In this document: in pieces, positions 1 to 12,947 of the stretch
Layout: each line of letters opens with the position of its first letter
How positions within the stretch are numbered: position 1 is the stretch's first letter
Assembly: GCA_951406725.2 (NCBI GenBank)
Contig: OX597822.1
Span: 10,292,001-10,356,000, forward strand
DNA from: Octopus vulgaris
Lineage: Eukaryota
DNA length: 64,000 nt
Direction: 5' to 3'
Translations under genes and position numbers: made by a program
The notes under the pieces: model-generated
What the model was told of the DNA's origin: nothing
Databases searched by the model: none
What the model saw: only the letters and a program-made list of their open reading frames with translations

Positions 1-238
1 ATAGTCTTAACGGTAAAAATTTCAATTCCTTAGATGACGTAAAAAGATACCTTGATGAATTATTTGCCATGAAACCACCTCAATTCTGGGAAGAGGGTAT
101 TTTCAAGTTAAAGGAAAGATAGAGACGCATTGTCAACAAAATGGTTCATATTTGGTTGATTAAAAATGTAATGGCAAGTATTTATTGACCTTGCTCTTTC
201 CTTTAAAAATCGGCACGAACTTTCCGGACAACCCAATA
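1..238 (+). mobile_element. Mariner transposon right end: decayed transposase C-terminus, TIR and TA
   Basis: Translates SLNGKNFNSLDDVKRYLDELFAMKPPQFWEEGIFKLKER*RRIV..NGSYLVD* (mariner C-terminus with stop and frameshift), then TIR-like AAAAATCGGCACGAACTTTCCGGACAACCCAA followed by TA. Confidence 0.88.
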
Positions 239-451
239 TATATACATACATACATTCACTCATTGAGATGCATCGTCTATAGGCAATATACGTTTTTAGT
301 GAACGCCATGGCGTGAACAAATATAAGCAAATGGCTGATTGACCTGACCATGCGTTGGTTCTTGTTGGACTCTGAACGAACACCAAAAAGAATAGAAAAA
401 AGCTGCAAATACAATAACATTCAACTAATGTAAATAAAAATAATAGTAAAC

Positions 452-845
452 AGGAGGAGTGGCTGCGTGGTAAGTAGCTTGCTTACCAACCACATGGTTC
501 CGAGTTCAGTCCCACTGCGTGGCATCTTGGGCAAGTGTCTTCTACTATAGCTTCGGGCCAACCAAATCCTTGTGAGTGGATTTGGTAGACGCAAACTGAA
601 AGAAGCCCGTCGTATATATGTACGTATATATATATGTGTGTGTCTGTGTTTGTCCCCCAAGCATTGCTTGACAACCGATGCTGGTATGTTTAAGTCCCCG
701 TCACTTAGCGGTTCGGCAAAAGAGACCGATAGAATAAGTACTGGGCTTACAAAGAATAAGTCCTGGGGTCGATTTGCTCGACTAAAGGCGGTGCTCCAGC
801 ATGGCCGCAGTCAAATGACTGAAACAAGTAAAAGAGAAAAGAGTA
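452..845 (+). mobile_element. tRNA-derived SINE family A, near full length
   Basis: A-box TGGCTGCGTGG, B-box GAGTTCAGTCCC, CTTGGGCAAGTG segment reminiscent of CORE-type SINEs, internal (TA/TG)n; closely matches the copy at 55457-55870. Confidence 0.85.
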
Positions 846-952
846 AACAAAAGGACTTTAAGGGTTATTGACTTTGAATTTTATTTATAGAAACACTTAA
901 TGACTATATATGTATACACACATACATTTATACACATCTATGAACATATATA

Positions 953-990
<38 letters not shown>

Positions 991-996
<6 letters not shown>

Positions 997-1225
997 TGGT
1001 GCATAATTATTGCGCTTTATTTTTTTTATTTCTTCAATAAAAAGCAATAACAATATTGATCATGAACATCTTTATATGACGGTCTGACCGTCTGCCAAGC
1101 AAATGGGAAGCAGTAATTGAAGTAGATGGTGAATATGCTCCGGAATAATCATCTAAAGATGATTTTGTTACATGTTGTTATTATATATTGTTGAAAAAAG
1201 CCGCAATAATTATGCACCAATCCAA
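991..1225 (+). mobile_element. Internally deleted mariner (MITE-like) inserted in (TA)n
   Basis: TIRs TAGGGTTGGTGCATAATTATTGCG / CGCAATAATTATGCACCAATCCAA; internal relic RLPSKWEAVIEVDGEYAPE* resembles a mariner transposase end; TA repeats on both sides. Confidence 0.85.
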
Positions 1226-2503
1226 TATATATATATATATATATGCATTGGTGTATATCTAGACATAAATAGTTACACACAAATGTATATTATGGATGTA
1301 ATACGGTATTACGAAATGGAAAATGTTATTCTTTATGACCCTGCTCATTTTGTCTTCTGTGTAGCTAACATGATTGCGTCAAATGCTGTTAGTACGATGG
1401 TAACGTTTTCAAGAAAGAGGAGGTGGAGGAAGAGGTGAAGAAGGAGATTATTTCAATGATGTTAGTGTATTTTTTCAGTCCATTTGCTTTTGTGCCAGTT
1501 TTTCTTTATAATTACTCTTTGCTTTTCAATATCTAAATAAATTTCTCTTGTTTGCCTGCTTTGAATTTCGGTTGCTAATATTTTCATTAATTCTTCTTAC
1601 ATCCATTTTTCAATGAGTTGATTTCACAATTGATCTGTACTTTTAAATATTCCTTGTCTCCCTAACACAATCGTAGGCGCACCGTGACATTTACGGCGTG
1701 AATTAGGCGTTTTAGGCCTTGTGAGTGTATTCCTCTCCAATCAGGTCTGATTACAGAATGAGAAAATTAAAACAATAAACAAGAAACAGGCGGAAAGAAA
1801 GTGGCAGTAAAATCGATTCCAGGCGAAGGGATGACAAAGCTGCTTTCAGAAGGTTTCCAAATCAAAGTAATGAGAGAAAACAAAATTGTAACAGTCTACC
1901 TAAAACTCAAACGACCGCACCAACGGTTCGCCTATATCTGATATAATATTGTCATATTTTCACTGATATTTCTGTTTCGTTAATATTTTTACATCAGTCA
2001 GAATCGTTAGCGTGCCGTGCAAATCGCTCTGCAGCATTGTGTCCTTCTTTGCGTTCTGAGTTCAAAATCTGCCGGCATCGATTTTGCCTTTCATCCTTTC
2101 GGAGTTGATAAATTAAGTACCAGTGAAAAACTGGGGTCAATGTAATCGACTTAATACCTCCTGCAAAATTGCTGGCCTTATACCAACATTTGAAATCGAT
2201 TTTATTTCAGTCACTCTATCGTAACTATACTCATAATTACATGTTTAATTGTTTGATCATAGTACATGTTTCAGATATGGAATTTGCCTATGCCGAGAGC
2301 ACAACCTCGAAGAGTTTAGCCGAACAAATCGACAGAAAACATATTTTTAGTGTTATTCTTACTCTGTCTATAAGTCTCTTTGTAACCGAACCACTGACTC
2401 GCAGAAAGGTAGAGAAACCGACGTAAGTTGCCAAGTAGTATGAGCACGCACTCACAAAGATGCACGCACTCACATAAACATACATGCACGAATACATACA
2501 TCT

Positions 2504-2592
<89 letters not shown>

Positions 2593-3137
2593 TATATGTA
2601 AATTCAACAAGGTTTCATGCCGTTTCCGTCTCCCAAATTATTTCACATGATATCGATTGGTCCAAGGTTAGAGCAGAAGTCATTTTCCCGAAGGGCCAGG
2701 CATTGGATTTAAACCTGAAAACGCGTATTTGTAAAGCAAACTAGTAGCCAATACAGGCACGCCTGTTAATATTCTTTTCTCTCTCTTGCTCTGTTTTTTA
2801 TTTACTGTTGTGTATGTGTGTTATTTAAAAAACACATGTTTTTATGCCTTATATTTTAAGTTTCATGCGCTGTAGGCATGTCAGACAGTATTCTCTAACA
2901 CGTCTGGTTTCCTAGTGCCTGATGATTGTGGTAGGACACCAGTCGTGTTAAAAAGTACTGTCCTGTATGCTCTCAGCACATGAAACAAATAATAGCACAC
3001 AAAATCATAAACTGTGTTTATTAAATAATATCTCTCACTAGAGTACTTTTTGTAGCACACTATATGTGTGTGTGCTTGTATGTGTGTGTGTGAGTGTGTG
3101 TATGTATGTTTCCATTTATCTATCTATGGAGCCAAGT

Positions 3138-3355
3138 TGGCGAGTTGGCAGAAACGTTAGCACGCCGGGCGGAATGCGTAGCCGCATTTCGTCTGCCGTT
3201 ACGTTGTGAGTTCACATTCCGCCGAGGATGACTTTGCCTTTCATCCTTTCGGGGTCGATAAATTAAGTACCAGTTACGCACTGGAGTCTATGTAATTGGC
3301 TTAATCCCTTTGTCTGTCCCCTCTATGTTTAGCCCCCTATGGGCAATAAAGAAAT
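3138..3355 (+). mobile_element. tRNA-derived SINE family B; neighbouring copies at about 2000-2190, 3399-3585 (+) and 3620-4220 (-)
   Basis: GGCGAGTTGGCAGAAACGTTAGCACGCCGGGC head, B-box-like GAGTTCA.ATTCC, central GACTTTGCCTTTCATCCTTTCGGGGTCGATAAATTAAGTACCAG (resembles the MetaSINE central domain from recollection, unchecked). Confidence 0.85.
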
Positions 3356-4558
3356 ATATCTATGGAGCCAATATTTAAAACCAATATTATTATCGTTAAG
3401 GCGGCGAGGTGGCGGATCGTTATCACGCCCGACAAACTGCTTAGCGGTATTTCGTCAATATTCTGAGTTCATCATTGCCTTTCCTCCTTCGGTGTCGATA
3501 AAATAAATACTAGTTAAACACTAGGGTCGATATAATCGACTTAACCCTTTACTAAAATTGCTGACCTTGTGTCAAAATTTGAAATTGATATTTTAATTAC
3601 CATCACAGCAATAACAGAATTGATTTCAGATTTTCTCACAAGGACAGCAATTTTGAGGAACAGGTTAAGTCGATTACATCGTCCCCAGTATTCTACTGAA
3701 ACTTATTTTATCGACACTGAAAGTCGACTTTGATGGAATTTGTGCTCACAACTTGAAGACGGAAGGAATACTGCTAAGTAGAAAGGATAGTGTTCTAGTA
3801 GTGGTGGTTTCTAACTTGAGCACAGGACCAATAGTTTTGGGGTAGGATGTAGTACTTGATATCATCGATCTCTGGACTTGGCTTGTACTCTGTTTTAGCG
3901 ACCTCAGAGGGATGAAAGGCGAAGTTAATTGCATTTGGATCTCAACTTAGAACGTAGAGATACGCAATATATTTTGTACGACGCAAAACATTTTGTACGA
4001 CGCACTTAATGGTTCTGTACAGAACGTCAGCTTTAATTTCTATTAAAAAACTTTGTGGGTGGGAAATATTTAATTCCATCGACCCCAGGGCTTGACTGAT
4101 TTTCATTTCATTTATTGCGAAATGATGAAAGGCGAAGTAGACATGTGATTGAAAATGGAATGCCAGAAGAAACGTCGCTGAACATTTTGCCCGGTCTGCT
4201 AACGATTCCGCCAGCTTTATCACCTTTCTGTTTTAAATTATAAGGAAACTAGCTAGAGAGGAAGCATGGAAAATCCATGTTGTATGTGAATATCTACTTG
4301 CCCTTCTGCCGCTGTATGTATGTGTTTATTCTCACAATACTGAAAAGAATTTAAAATTAAATTTTAAGAAAGAACAAAATGAATAATCAGTGTCCCAGCA
4401 GGGCCAGAGATTTTGATCTGAAGCACGTAAAAGATGTTTAACAACTACAACTATTTTCTAAATCAGGTCATTTTCCATTAATTTAAACATCTATCGATGT
4501 ATCTTTTGATGCATAAACTTATAAAACTTCATGAAATTTCATTGTTAAATATTTTGAG

Positions 4559-4597
<39 letters not shown>

Positions 4598-4848
4598 ATG
4601 GATGGAGGAATATACACACGATTACACACGTACATGCACACACACATGCATACATATATACATACCTACCTACCCACCCACCTACCTACCTACCTACTTA
4701 CCAACCTACCTACCTACCTACCTACCTACATACATACATACATGCATGCATATATACACACATACGGGTGAGTAGACAAACGAAAGAAGGACACTCAACG
4801 CATTTATTAGGAGTGACATGTATAGGTCAAAACAGTTTAATTCAGATT

Positions 4849-4895
4849 CCTTGGTACTCCGAGTTTCAAAACGTGGTGCTAATCCTCAGCCATGG
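4849..4895 (-). ncRNA. Minimal type-I hammerhead ribozyme-like motif (canonical CUGAGGA core)
   Basis: CCAUGG-CUGAGGA-uuagcaccacguuuu-GAA-ACUCGGAGU-A-CCAAGG: stem I with one mismatch, near-palindromic stem III, GUA triplet, weak stem II. Confidence 0.62.
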
Positions 4896-5012
4896 AAAAT
4901 TCCAATGGATAAGGATTAGCATCATGTTTTGAAGCTCGGATTGAAACACGCTTTGAAACTCGGAGTAGCAAGGAATAACTGTTCTGATCCATATATGTGT
5001 GTGTTTGTGTGA

Positions 5013-5084
<72 letters not shown>

Positions 5085-5637
5085 CCATTCGAATTATTAC
5101 CTCTCTTGGCCTAACACATGGTGAAAATCGACAGACTACAGCAATAAAGAAAATGATATAATAATATGTATATTATATTAGTTAAACAACACATGGTAAA
5201 TAAGAAAAAAATGATATAAACATAAATATTGCAAAACATTAATTCGGGTCAATTAAGAATATCAGCACATTTCTTTTTCTGTACAATTGTTGGGTGAAAA
5301 ACGGAAGAAGGAACTATCCAGTATGTTGCTAGCTTTATTTGTGACTACTTTATTATAAGCTAATCTGTAGCACTGATTGAGGAAGGACGACAGGCGTTCT
5401 CAGAATAGCTCAAACAAGCCAGGAAATGGACTACCAGATGCTTCCCTTTGTATCTGTATATCAGTAGCATGTAAAGAATGCGTTTACATTCATATTTAAC
5501 TCACGATGAGGTTTCATGATATTGAAATTTATATTAATAAAATTAACATAATTATGATACTTATGTAATGACATAATAATGATAATAACAACAACAATAA
5601 CAACAACAACAATAATAATAATTATTATAATAATAAC

Positions 5638-5704
<67 letters not shown>

Positions 5705-5706
<2 letters not shown>

Positions 5707-6180
5707 TGTTTTGTCTTTGTATAAAAGATGGGCTACAGAAAATATCCTGCTCAATACCTCAGATTTGCTTGTCAGTTGTCTGACCTTAACCAGTTGAGCA
5801 CGTCCCTTAGTGGCTGACGATATGTGCATCTCTGATCAATAGCAGAAGTAGTGGGGGAGCAGCATAGCCGTGTGTTGAAAGGAATTCTTTGGGGTTTGGA
5901 TAATTCACCTTTGGAAACATGGGTGGTTCGTTCAACATCCTTAAACAATCCTAATCCAGGGACCTTTTGAGCGGGATGGGTTATTCGACCTGAAGAAAAC
6001 TCCGATCCCCACCTGCAAGGTCATGCGCTGTTTGATCTTGATATGAGATCACCATGTCGCACACATATGGCTGTGATGCATGTGCCTGGTGTACCCTTAT
6101 CAGACGGGTGGTCATGATGGGTATATTGGGCTTCGTATATTTTACCCCAGTGTCACTTTGATGTCATGTACTGTTCTCTC
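5705..6180 (+). mobile_element. ~480 bp (AAT)n-embedded interspersed repeat, copy 1
   Basis: Nearly colinear with 8865-9379 and 9412-9897; all three end ..CTC directly before (AAT)n. Confidence 0.85.
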
Positions 6181-6227
<47 letters not shown>

Positions 6228-6244
6228 TAATAATAATAATAACA

Positions 6245-6460
6245 ATCCTTTCTACTATAGGCACAAGGCCTGAAATTTTTTGGGAAAGGACAAGTTGATT
6301 ACATCGACCCCGGTGTTTCACTGGTCGTTAATTTATCGACCCCGAAAGTAGAAAAAGGCAAAGTCGACATCGGTGGAATTTGAACTCAGAACAGCATCAG
6401 ATGGCATACTGCTAAGCATTTCGCCCGGCGTGCTAACCACTGTGCCAGCTCACAACCTTA
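6245..6460 (-). mobile_element. SINE family B
   Basis: TTTATCGACCCCGAAAG...AAAGTCGAC..CGGTGGAATTTGAACTCAGAAC...TTCGCCCGGCGTGCTAAC. Confidence 0.8.
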
Positions 6461-6520
6461 CTACCACCACCAACAACAATAACAACAACATCAACAATAA
6501 TATTAATAATAATAATAATA

Positions 6521-8688
6521 TCCTGCCTGGATGACAAATGGACAAACGCTGCTATGCCTCAAGGATCCTTTGAAAGGGAACTTAGCATCAGAATTTCGTT
6601 CTATAACCTGTTTACCACTTTATGTGGAAGCTTATGACCGGTGTATTGGTCGGAGGGTTAAAGAATCATCTGGAAAGTAACAATCTACTTCCAGAAGAAC
6701 AGAAAGGATGCAGGAAAATAAGTAGGGCAACAAAAGATCACTTATTAGTTGATAAAATAATCACTAGAAATTGTAGACAAAGATTTGACGGGACTGAATG
6801 AAGCAGGGCTAGATTACAAAAACTCATACGACATGGGATCACACAGTTAGATAAGTAAAACAATGAGTATGTTCGGAATAGCAAAAAGCATGGAGAAAAT
6901 GCTGTATGAAAGTGTGAAACATTGGAATATGGAATTGATCGGAGGAAAGCAAAATCTCGTGAAAGTGGAGAGTCAGACGTGGAATATTCCAAGGTAATAG
7001 CTTATCTCCGCTACTATTTGTATTATTGGTGACACTCTATGATACTATGATATTAAAAAAGTTTAAAATGCTTACGATTTTTGAAAAGGAATAAGTCAGA
7101 TAAATCATCTCCTTTTCGTGAATGCGAAAAATGTGAAACAGCTTGAAAAATTTGAAAAATGTGAAAAATGTGAAACAGCTTGAAAAATGTGAAACAGCTT
7201 GAAAGTCTTGTACATACTTCCAGTATTTTCTCAATAGACGTAGGTATGGAATTTGGAATAGAAAAGTGCGCTATATTGAAAAGGAAACGAGAAAGATTTG
7301 AAGAAACCCAGGGAACTGAAATGCCAAATAGGCAAATAATGAGAGCGATGGAGAAAGGACAATGGTATAAGTAAGTACTTAGGAACACTGGAAGCAGAGG
7401 AAATAAGAAAAGAAAGAATGGAACAAATGACCAGTAGGGAGTAGACAAGGAGAGTAAAAAAGTTATTGCAGACAATGTTGAATTCAAAAGATCTTATTAA
7501 AGCAATGAATTGAAAAGCAGTGCCCGTAATCAGATATGGAGTTAAAATTATGGACTGGACCAAAAACGATATAAAGAAATTTGATAGAAAAACAAGGAAG
7601 TTGCTGACGATGTATGAAGCCCATCATCCGAAAGCTGGTATCAACCACTTGTACTTGAGGAGAGATCAGGGTGGTTTCTGATAGCAGCAGCATAATGTGT
7701 ACAGAGGGAAAGAAAAAGCTTAGTAGAGTATTTACAGAGCAGCACACAAAAAACTACTAAAGAGAGTAAAGAAAAGGTGATGAAGGGCATAATAGGAGAA
7801 ACGGACAAGAATGAAATAGAAAGAGAGCACGTCAGACAAATTGAAGAAAAACCTATGCATAGCCAATTTTGGAGAGCCACTGAGGGCCTATGTGGAAAAA
7901 TTCTGGGCTTGGTTAAAAAAACGGGCAGTTAAAAATAAAAAAGGGCCTAATTGTAGCAGCCTAAGATCAAGCAATAAAAAACAAAATTTAGAAAAAATAT
8001 ATCTGGAGAGAATGTTTCAGAAAAATGTAGAGCCTGTGGAACTTGGAATGAGACTGTGGCACACATTGTGGATGAATGCCCCAAGCTGTCACAGGAGGAA
8101 TATAAGAAATGGAGGCACGACCAGGTTGTAAAAGTGTTAAACTGGAAATTATGCCACAAATAGGGATTTAAAACTGGAAACACAGTATAATTACCGAGTC
8201 AGAAGAGTACTGGAGTAGGAAAAATGCAAGGTTTTGTGGGACTTTCCTCTTCATCCGAACAAGAAAATAATAAACCGGACATAACAATTATAGATAAGGA
8301 AAAGCGAAGTCACTTAGCGATTGACCCATCATGCCCGTTTGATTCGAGGATCGTAAAAAAAAGGAGACGAAAAAAACAAAAAATATGTAATCTCTTAAAA
8401 TTTGAAATGGGGAGAATTTGGACCATGAGAACAGTAAAGGTCGGGCCTATAATTGGTGCACGAGGAACAGTAAGCAAAGATATAGACAAATGGCTGAAAT
8501 AGACTGGAATAGAATGTCCTGTTGAGCTCCTTCAAAAAGTTTGTCTCTTAGGGATTGCAAGGATTATCAGGAGGGCTCTAAGCACTCCAAGGACAATTGA
8601 AAACTTGTGGACACCTAATGTTACAAGTAGTAATCTGCTACCCACATTAATTCTACCAGGAATAAGACCAAACCTGAGCCAACACAAA
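6521..8688 (+). mobile_element. 5'-truncated, decayed R4/Dong-clade non-LTR retrotransposon (RT, CCHC and restriction-like endonuclease) in (AAT)n
   Basis: Frameshifted relics [101 protein letters not shown]; (AAT)n on both sides. Confidence 0.9.
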
Positions 8689-8735
8689 ATAATGATAATA
8701 ATAACAGCAACCACAATAGTAATAATAATAATAAT

Positions 8736-8788
<53 letters not shown>

Positions 8789-8864
8789 TGATAATAATAA
8801 TAATAATAATGCTGCTCTCTCATTCAATGATAATAATAATGATAATGATAATAATAATAATAAT

Positions 8865-9379
8865 ACCAGGCAATGACTCTCATGGCTTCTAATCTCAATG
8901 GATTGGAAATGTTATAACGTATATATTTTTCTTGGTGTAAAAGATAGACTACAACAAATATTCTGCTCAAAACCACAAATTTGCTTGTCAGTTGCTTGAC
9001 AGTTGAGCATGTCCTTTTGTGGCTGACGATTTGTGCATTTCTGATTAAGGACAGGAGTATTGGAGGAATATCATAGTCATGTGTTGAGAGGAATTATTTG
9101 GGTTTTGAATAATTCACCCCTGGAAAATGATTGTTTCATTCATTTACCTTAAACAAACCTTGTGGGATTTTTTGAACGTGATGGATTACTCGGTATGAAG
9201 AAAATTCTAACTGCGGGCCAGTTGCAAGCTCATGCACTGTTTGATATGAGTTCACCATGTCACACGCAAGTTTGTGATGCATGTGGCTTGGTGTAACATT
9301 ATCAGATGGGTAGTCATGATGGTTATATTGGGCTTCGTATATCTGTGTCAGTATGAGAGAGTGCACTGCCCTCTCACTC
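8865..9379 (+). mobile_element. (AAT)n-embedded repeat, copy 2 (diverged, longer 5' end)
   Basis: AAATATTCTGCTCAA..CCACA.ATTTGCTTGTCAGTTG...TATCAGATGGGTAGTCATGATGG...CTCTCACTC-AAT. Confidence 0.8.
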
Positions 9380-9411
<32 letters not shown>

Positions 9412-9414
<3 letters not shown>

Positions 9415-9897
9415 ATTGTTTTGTCTTGGTATAAAAGATGGGCTACAGCAAATATTCTGCTCAATACCACAGATTTGCTTGTCAGTTGTTTGACCTTAAC
9501 CAGTTGAGCATGTCCTTTATTGGCTGACGATATGTGCATCTCTGATCACGAGCAGAAGTAGTGGGGGAGCATCATAGCCATGTGTTGAGAGGGATTCTTT
9601 GGGGTTTGAATAATTCATCTCTGGAAACATGGGTGGTTCTTTCAACATCCTTAAACAACCCTTATTTAGGGACCTTTTGAGCGGAATGGGTTACTTGACC
9701 AGAAGAAAATTCTAACTAGGCCCCACCTGCAAGGTCATGTGCTGTTTATCTTGATATGAGATCACCATGTCATGCACATATGGTTGTGATGCATGTGCCT
9801 AGTGTACCCTTATCAGACGGGTAGTCATGATGGGTATATTGGGCTTCGTATATTTTACCCCAGTGTCACTTTGATGGCATGCACTGCTCTCTCACTC
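9412..9897 (+). mobile_element. (AAT)n-embedded repeat, copy 3
   Basis: High similarity to copy 1; separated from copy 2 only by an (AAT)n run. Confidence 0.85.
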
Positions 9898-9939
<42 letters not shown>

Positions 9940-9999
9940 TAGCAACAACAATAAAGGTGAATAACAGTAACAAGGAATTAATAATTAACGACGATGACG

Positions 10000-10548
10000 A
10001 TAATGATGTTTATTATTCTCTTCTGTTCACATGAGAAAGAAAGCCAACAGTATTGCAGAGTTTGTGTTTGTTTTGTTTGAGGAGTTTTTATATTTATTTT
10101 TTATTTCTTTGTCTTTTTTTTTAGCTTGTCTGTATTTTCTCGTGTGTATTTTTTAATATATTTTCCATATAATCGTACTGTTTTTCGTTTTCTTTTTCTT
10201 TCATTTTATTATTTTTTGTTGTGTGTTTAATATTCAGAATAATTAGCAGACACAGTATTATTATGATAACTACAGATTTTAAAGTTAATAATAACATAAA
10301 TTTTATTTTTTTGGAAATTTTTTCGAATTCAAAAATTCATTTTTTTTTTGTGATTAAAATTTATTTATTTTTTATTAATGAATTCATTATACTTTATTTC
10401 ATCTCAATTTTATTTTAATGCATTAAATCCTTATTTCTGGTACTTTCTCTTCATTCTCTCCATTTCTAATCGTTATATGCATGGATGCATGTATACATAT
10501 GTATATATATGTATGCATGCATATTATGTGCGTGTGTGTGCATGTATG

Positions 10549-10581
<33 letters not shown>

Positions 10582-10640
10582 ATGCATATATATGTATATA
10601 TTATATATGCACAGATATATAGATACATACAGACATATTT

Positions 10641-10672
<32 letters not shown>

Positions 10673-10757
10673 AAATATATATATATATATGCATATATAT
10701 TTATTTGTGTGCTTGTGAGCATGAATGTAGTTTGTGTTTACTACATACAAGCAATAT

Positions 10758-10788
<31 letters not shown>

Positions 10789-10827
10789 CATATATATAGA
10801 TATATACATACATATATACATGCATGT

Positions 10828-10858
<31 letters not shown>

Positions 10859-11099
10859 AATGGATGTATATGTATATTCGTACATATCAACATGCTTTTA
10901 TATAAATACTTATATATACATATACATATACACATATATATTTTTATATGAATGCGTATGTATGCTTCTATAAATTTACATATCGATATATGTATGATAA
11001 ATGTATATATGTATGTCTATACACAAACATACACATACATGTGTATATGTGTGTATGTACATATACAATGGTATATATACACATATAAATATACATATT

Positions 11100-11170
<71 letters not shown>

Positions 11171-11597
11171 ATATTATGCACACACGCACATATATATGCA
11201 TTATCCCTTTCTTAGTAACTCAGTCATCAGTCTCTCTGTTTCTCTTTCTCTCTCTCTCCCTATCTCTTCCCTCTCTCCCTAATATACTCCGTTTCTTTCT
11301 ACAAATCCTTCCTTCCCCCATCCCCCTTCTCTGCCCCGTTTTAATATATTTTACTCATTCTTTCTTTCCTGTGAATCATTATTCAATTCTTTAGTCACAT
11401 TTTTTAATTATTGTTTCATATTTTCGTATTTTCGTATTTTTAGTCCAATTGTAATTGTCTGTTTCTTTTTTCTTTCTTTTTTATATTTCAGTCATTCTTT
11501 CATAATATTAATTTTTTCTGTATTTTTTATTCGTTTATGTTTTTTTGTTTATTTCTCTTTCACTCTTTTTCTCCTTTCATTCTGATATATGTGTACA

Positions 11598-11629
<32 letters not shown>

Positions 11630-11929
11630 TGTGTGTCTGTGTGTGTGAAGTCTTTTGTTTTGTATATTTAAAATTTTTTTTGCATTATGTTTCCTTTTTT
11701 CTTCTTTCTTCATTCTTCCTCTTCTCTTCCATGAAGAAAAAAATAATAAAATAAAAAGAGAGAAAAATCTAAGAGATATGATTCATTGATTTCTGTGGTT
11801 TATCGATGGCACGTATGACAGCCATCTAACCACAATCATCACCATAACCATCACCATCACCAACACCACCACCACCAGCGCCAGTATCACCATCACTGCC
11901 ACTATCAGCCGAACGAAATCTCCGCTCTT
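10000..11929 (-). other. Pitx: Probable Pitx 3' UTR (end not defined)
   Basis: Follows the TGA; A-rich on the mRNA strand with several AATAAA hexamers (plus-strand TTTATT near 11526, 11548, 10364, 10094). The true poly(A) site cannot be fixed. Confidence 0.45.
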
Positions 11930-12454
11930 TCAGACAGTGCTACCGTTGCCAACAGTTGCGTACTGACAGGCCGATAGGGTGGGTTGTCTAGTTGGCACAG
12001 TCGGGTAACCGAAAGGACTGTGCTGTTTGGCTTTTAACCTGAGAGAAGCAATGCTTGTTGAACACTGGTCTCTGTTGTAGATGTAAGGTGGTGCTGGAGG
12101 TGCGTAGGGGCAGGCTGTATTCGGCGAGGTTACGTTACCCATTGAAGCAACATTTGGCACTCCGCCTCCCACCATACTGCTGCTGATGCTACTGGCGGGC
12201 GATGAGAAACACATCGGTTGAGTCGTCACTACGGAAGGGAGATGGTTGACAGAGTTCAGTCCCCATGAGAAGCCCTTCGGTCCAAGCGGACTCGGTACTT
12301 TGGTAGCCCAGTTGTTGTAGGAATATCCTGTGTAAAGACTGTCGTCGAATGGTGGCTGCATCAAACCACTAAATTGCGGTCCGAAACCATTCTTAAAGGT
12401 TTCCATGTTCCGTTCACGTTTCCGCCATTTTGCGCGTCGATTCTTGAACCACAC
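11930..12454 (-). CDS. Pitx: Pitx (pituitary homeobox) terminal coding exon: homeodomain helix 3 plus C-terminal OAR domain
   Basis: Translates [16 protein letters not shown] (K50 paired-class helix 3), then Pitx-type [37 protein letters not shown] and OAR motif [12 protein letters not shown], ending LSACQY..TV-TGA. The ORF track's start M is really Val (GTG) just after a splice acceptor. Confidence 0.97.
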   Translation of the reverse strand: MWFKNRRAKWRKRERNMETFKNGFGPQFSGLMQPPFDDSLYTGYSYNNWATKVPSPLGPKGFSWGLNSVNHLPSVVTTQPMCFSSPASSISSSMVGGGVPNVASMGNVTSPNTACPYAPPAPPYIYNRDQCSTSIASLRLKAKQHSPFGYPTVPTRQPTLSACQYATVGNGSTV

Positions 12455-12475
12455 CTAAAGGAAGAGAAAAATAAA
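12455..12475 (-). other. Pitx: 3' splice acceptor of the last Pitx intron (phase 0)
   Basis: Minus strand reads ...ttttctcttcctttag|GTG TGG TTC AAG: polypyrimidine tract plus AG immediately before VWFKNRR, the conserved PRD-class homeobox intron position (codons 46/47). Confidence 0.92.
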
Positions 12476-12639
12476 AATTGCTGTTATTATTATCATTATT
12501 ATTATTAACATCATCATCATCATCATCAACTGGTGCGAAACAACATAATCTAAATATGAGGTAAATATGTGCAAAGTTTACATGTCGCACATAATTCTAC
12601 TAACGTGAATACTATTTAAAATACTATGAAGGATATATA

Positions 12640-12828
12640 TATATTTCTTTACTACCCACAAGGGGCTAAACACAGAGGGGACAAACAAGGATAGACAAAC
12701 GGATTAAGTCGATTACATCGACCCGAGTGCGTAACTGGTACGGAATTTGAACTCAGAACGTAACGGCAGACGAAATACGGCTACGCATTTCGCCCGGCGT
12801 GCTAACGTTTCTGCCGGCTCGCCGCCTT
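12640..12828 (-). mobile_element. SINE family B with internal deletion, about 190 bp upstream of the Pitx acceptor
   Basis: TTTCTTTACTACCCACAAGGGGCTAAACAC...GAATTTGAACTCAGAACGTAACGGCAGACGAAATACGGCTACGC...CTCGCCGCC; the central CATCCTTTCGGGG block is missing. Confidence 0.82.

Positions 12829-12947
<119 letters not shown>

Noticed and set aside
572-871. ORFs such as ...RRHLPKVPRSGTE... and ...RSEFKFRRGRLCLSSFRG recurring across the window
   Set aside because: They are translations of non-coding SINE families A and B.
7120-7205. Short tandem repeats (TGAAAAATGTGAAACAGCT) resembling a repeat-spacer array
   Set aside because: Local slippage duplication inside the Dong-like LINE; no unique spacers, eukaryotic context, not CRISPR.
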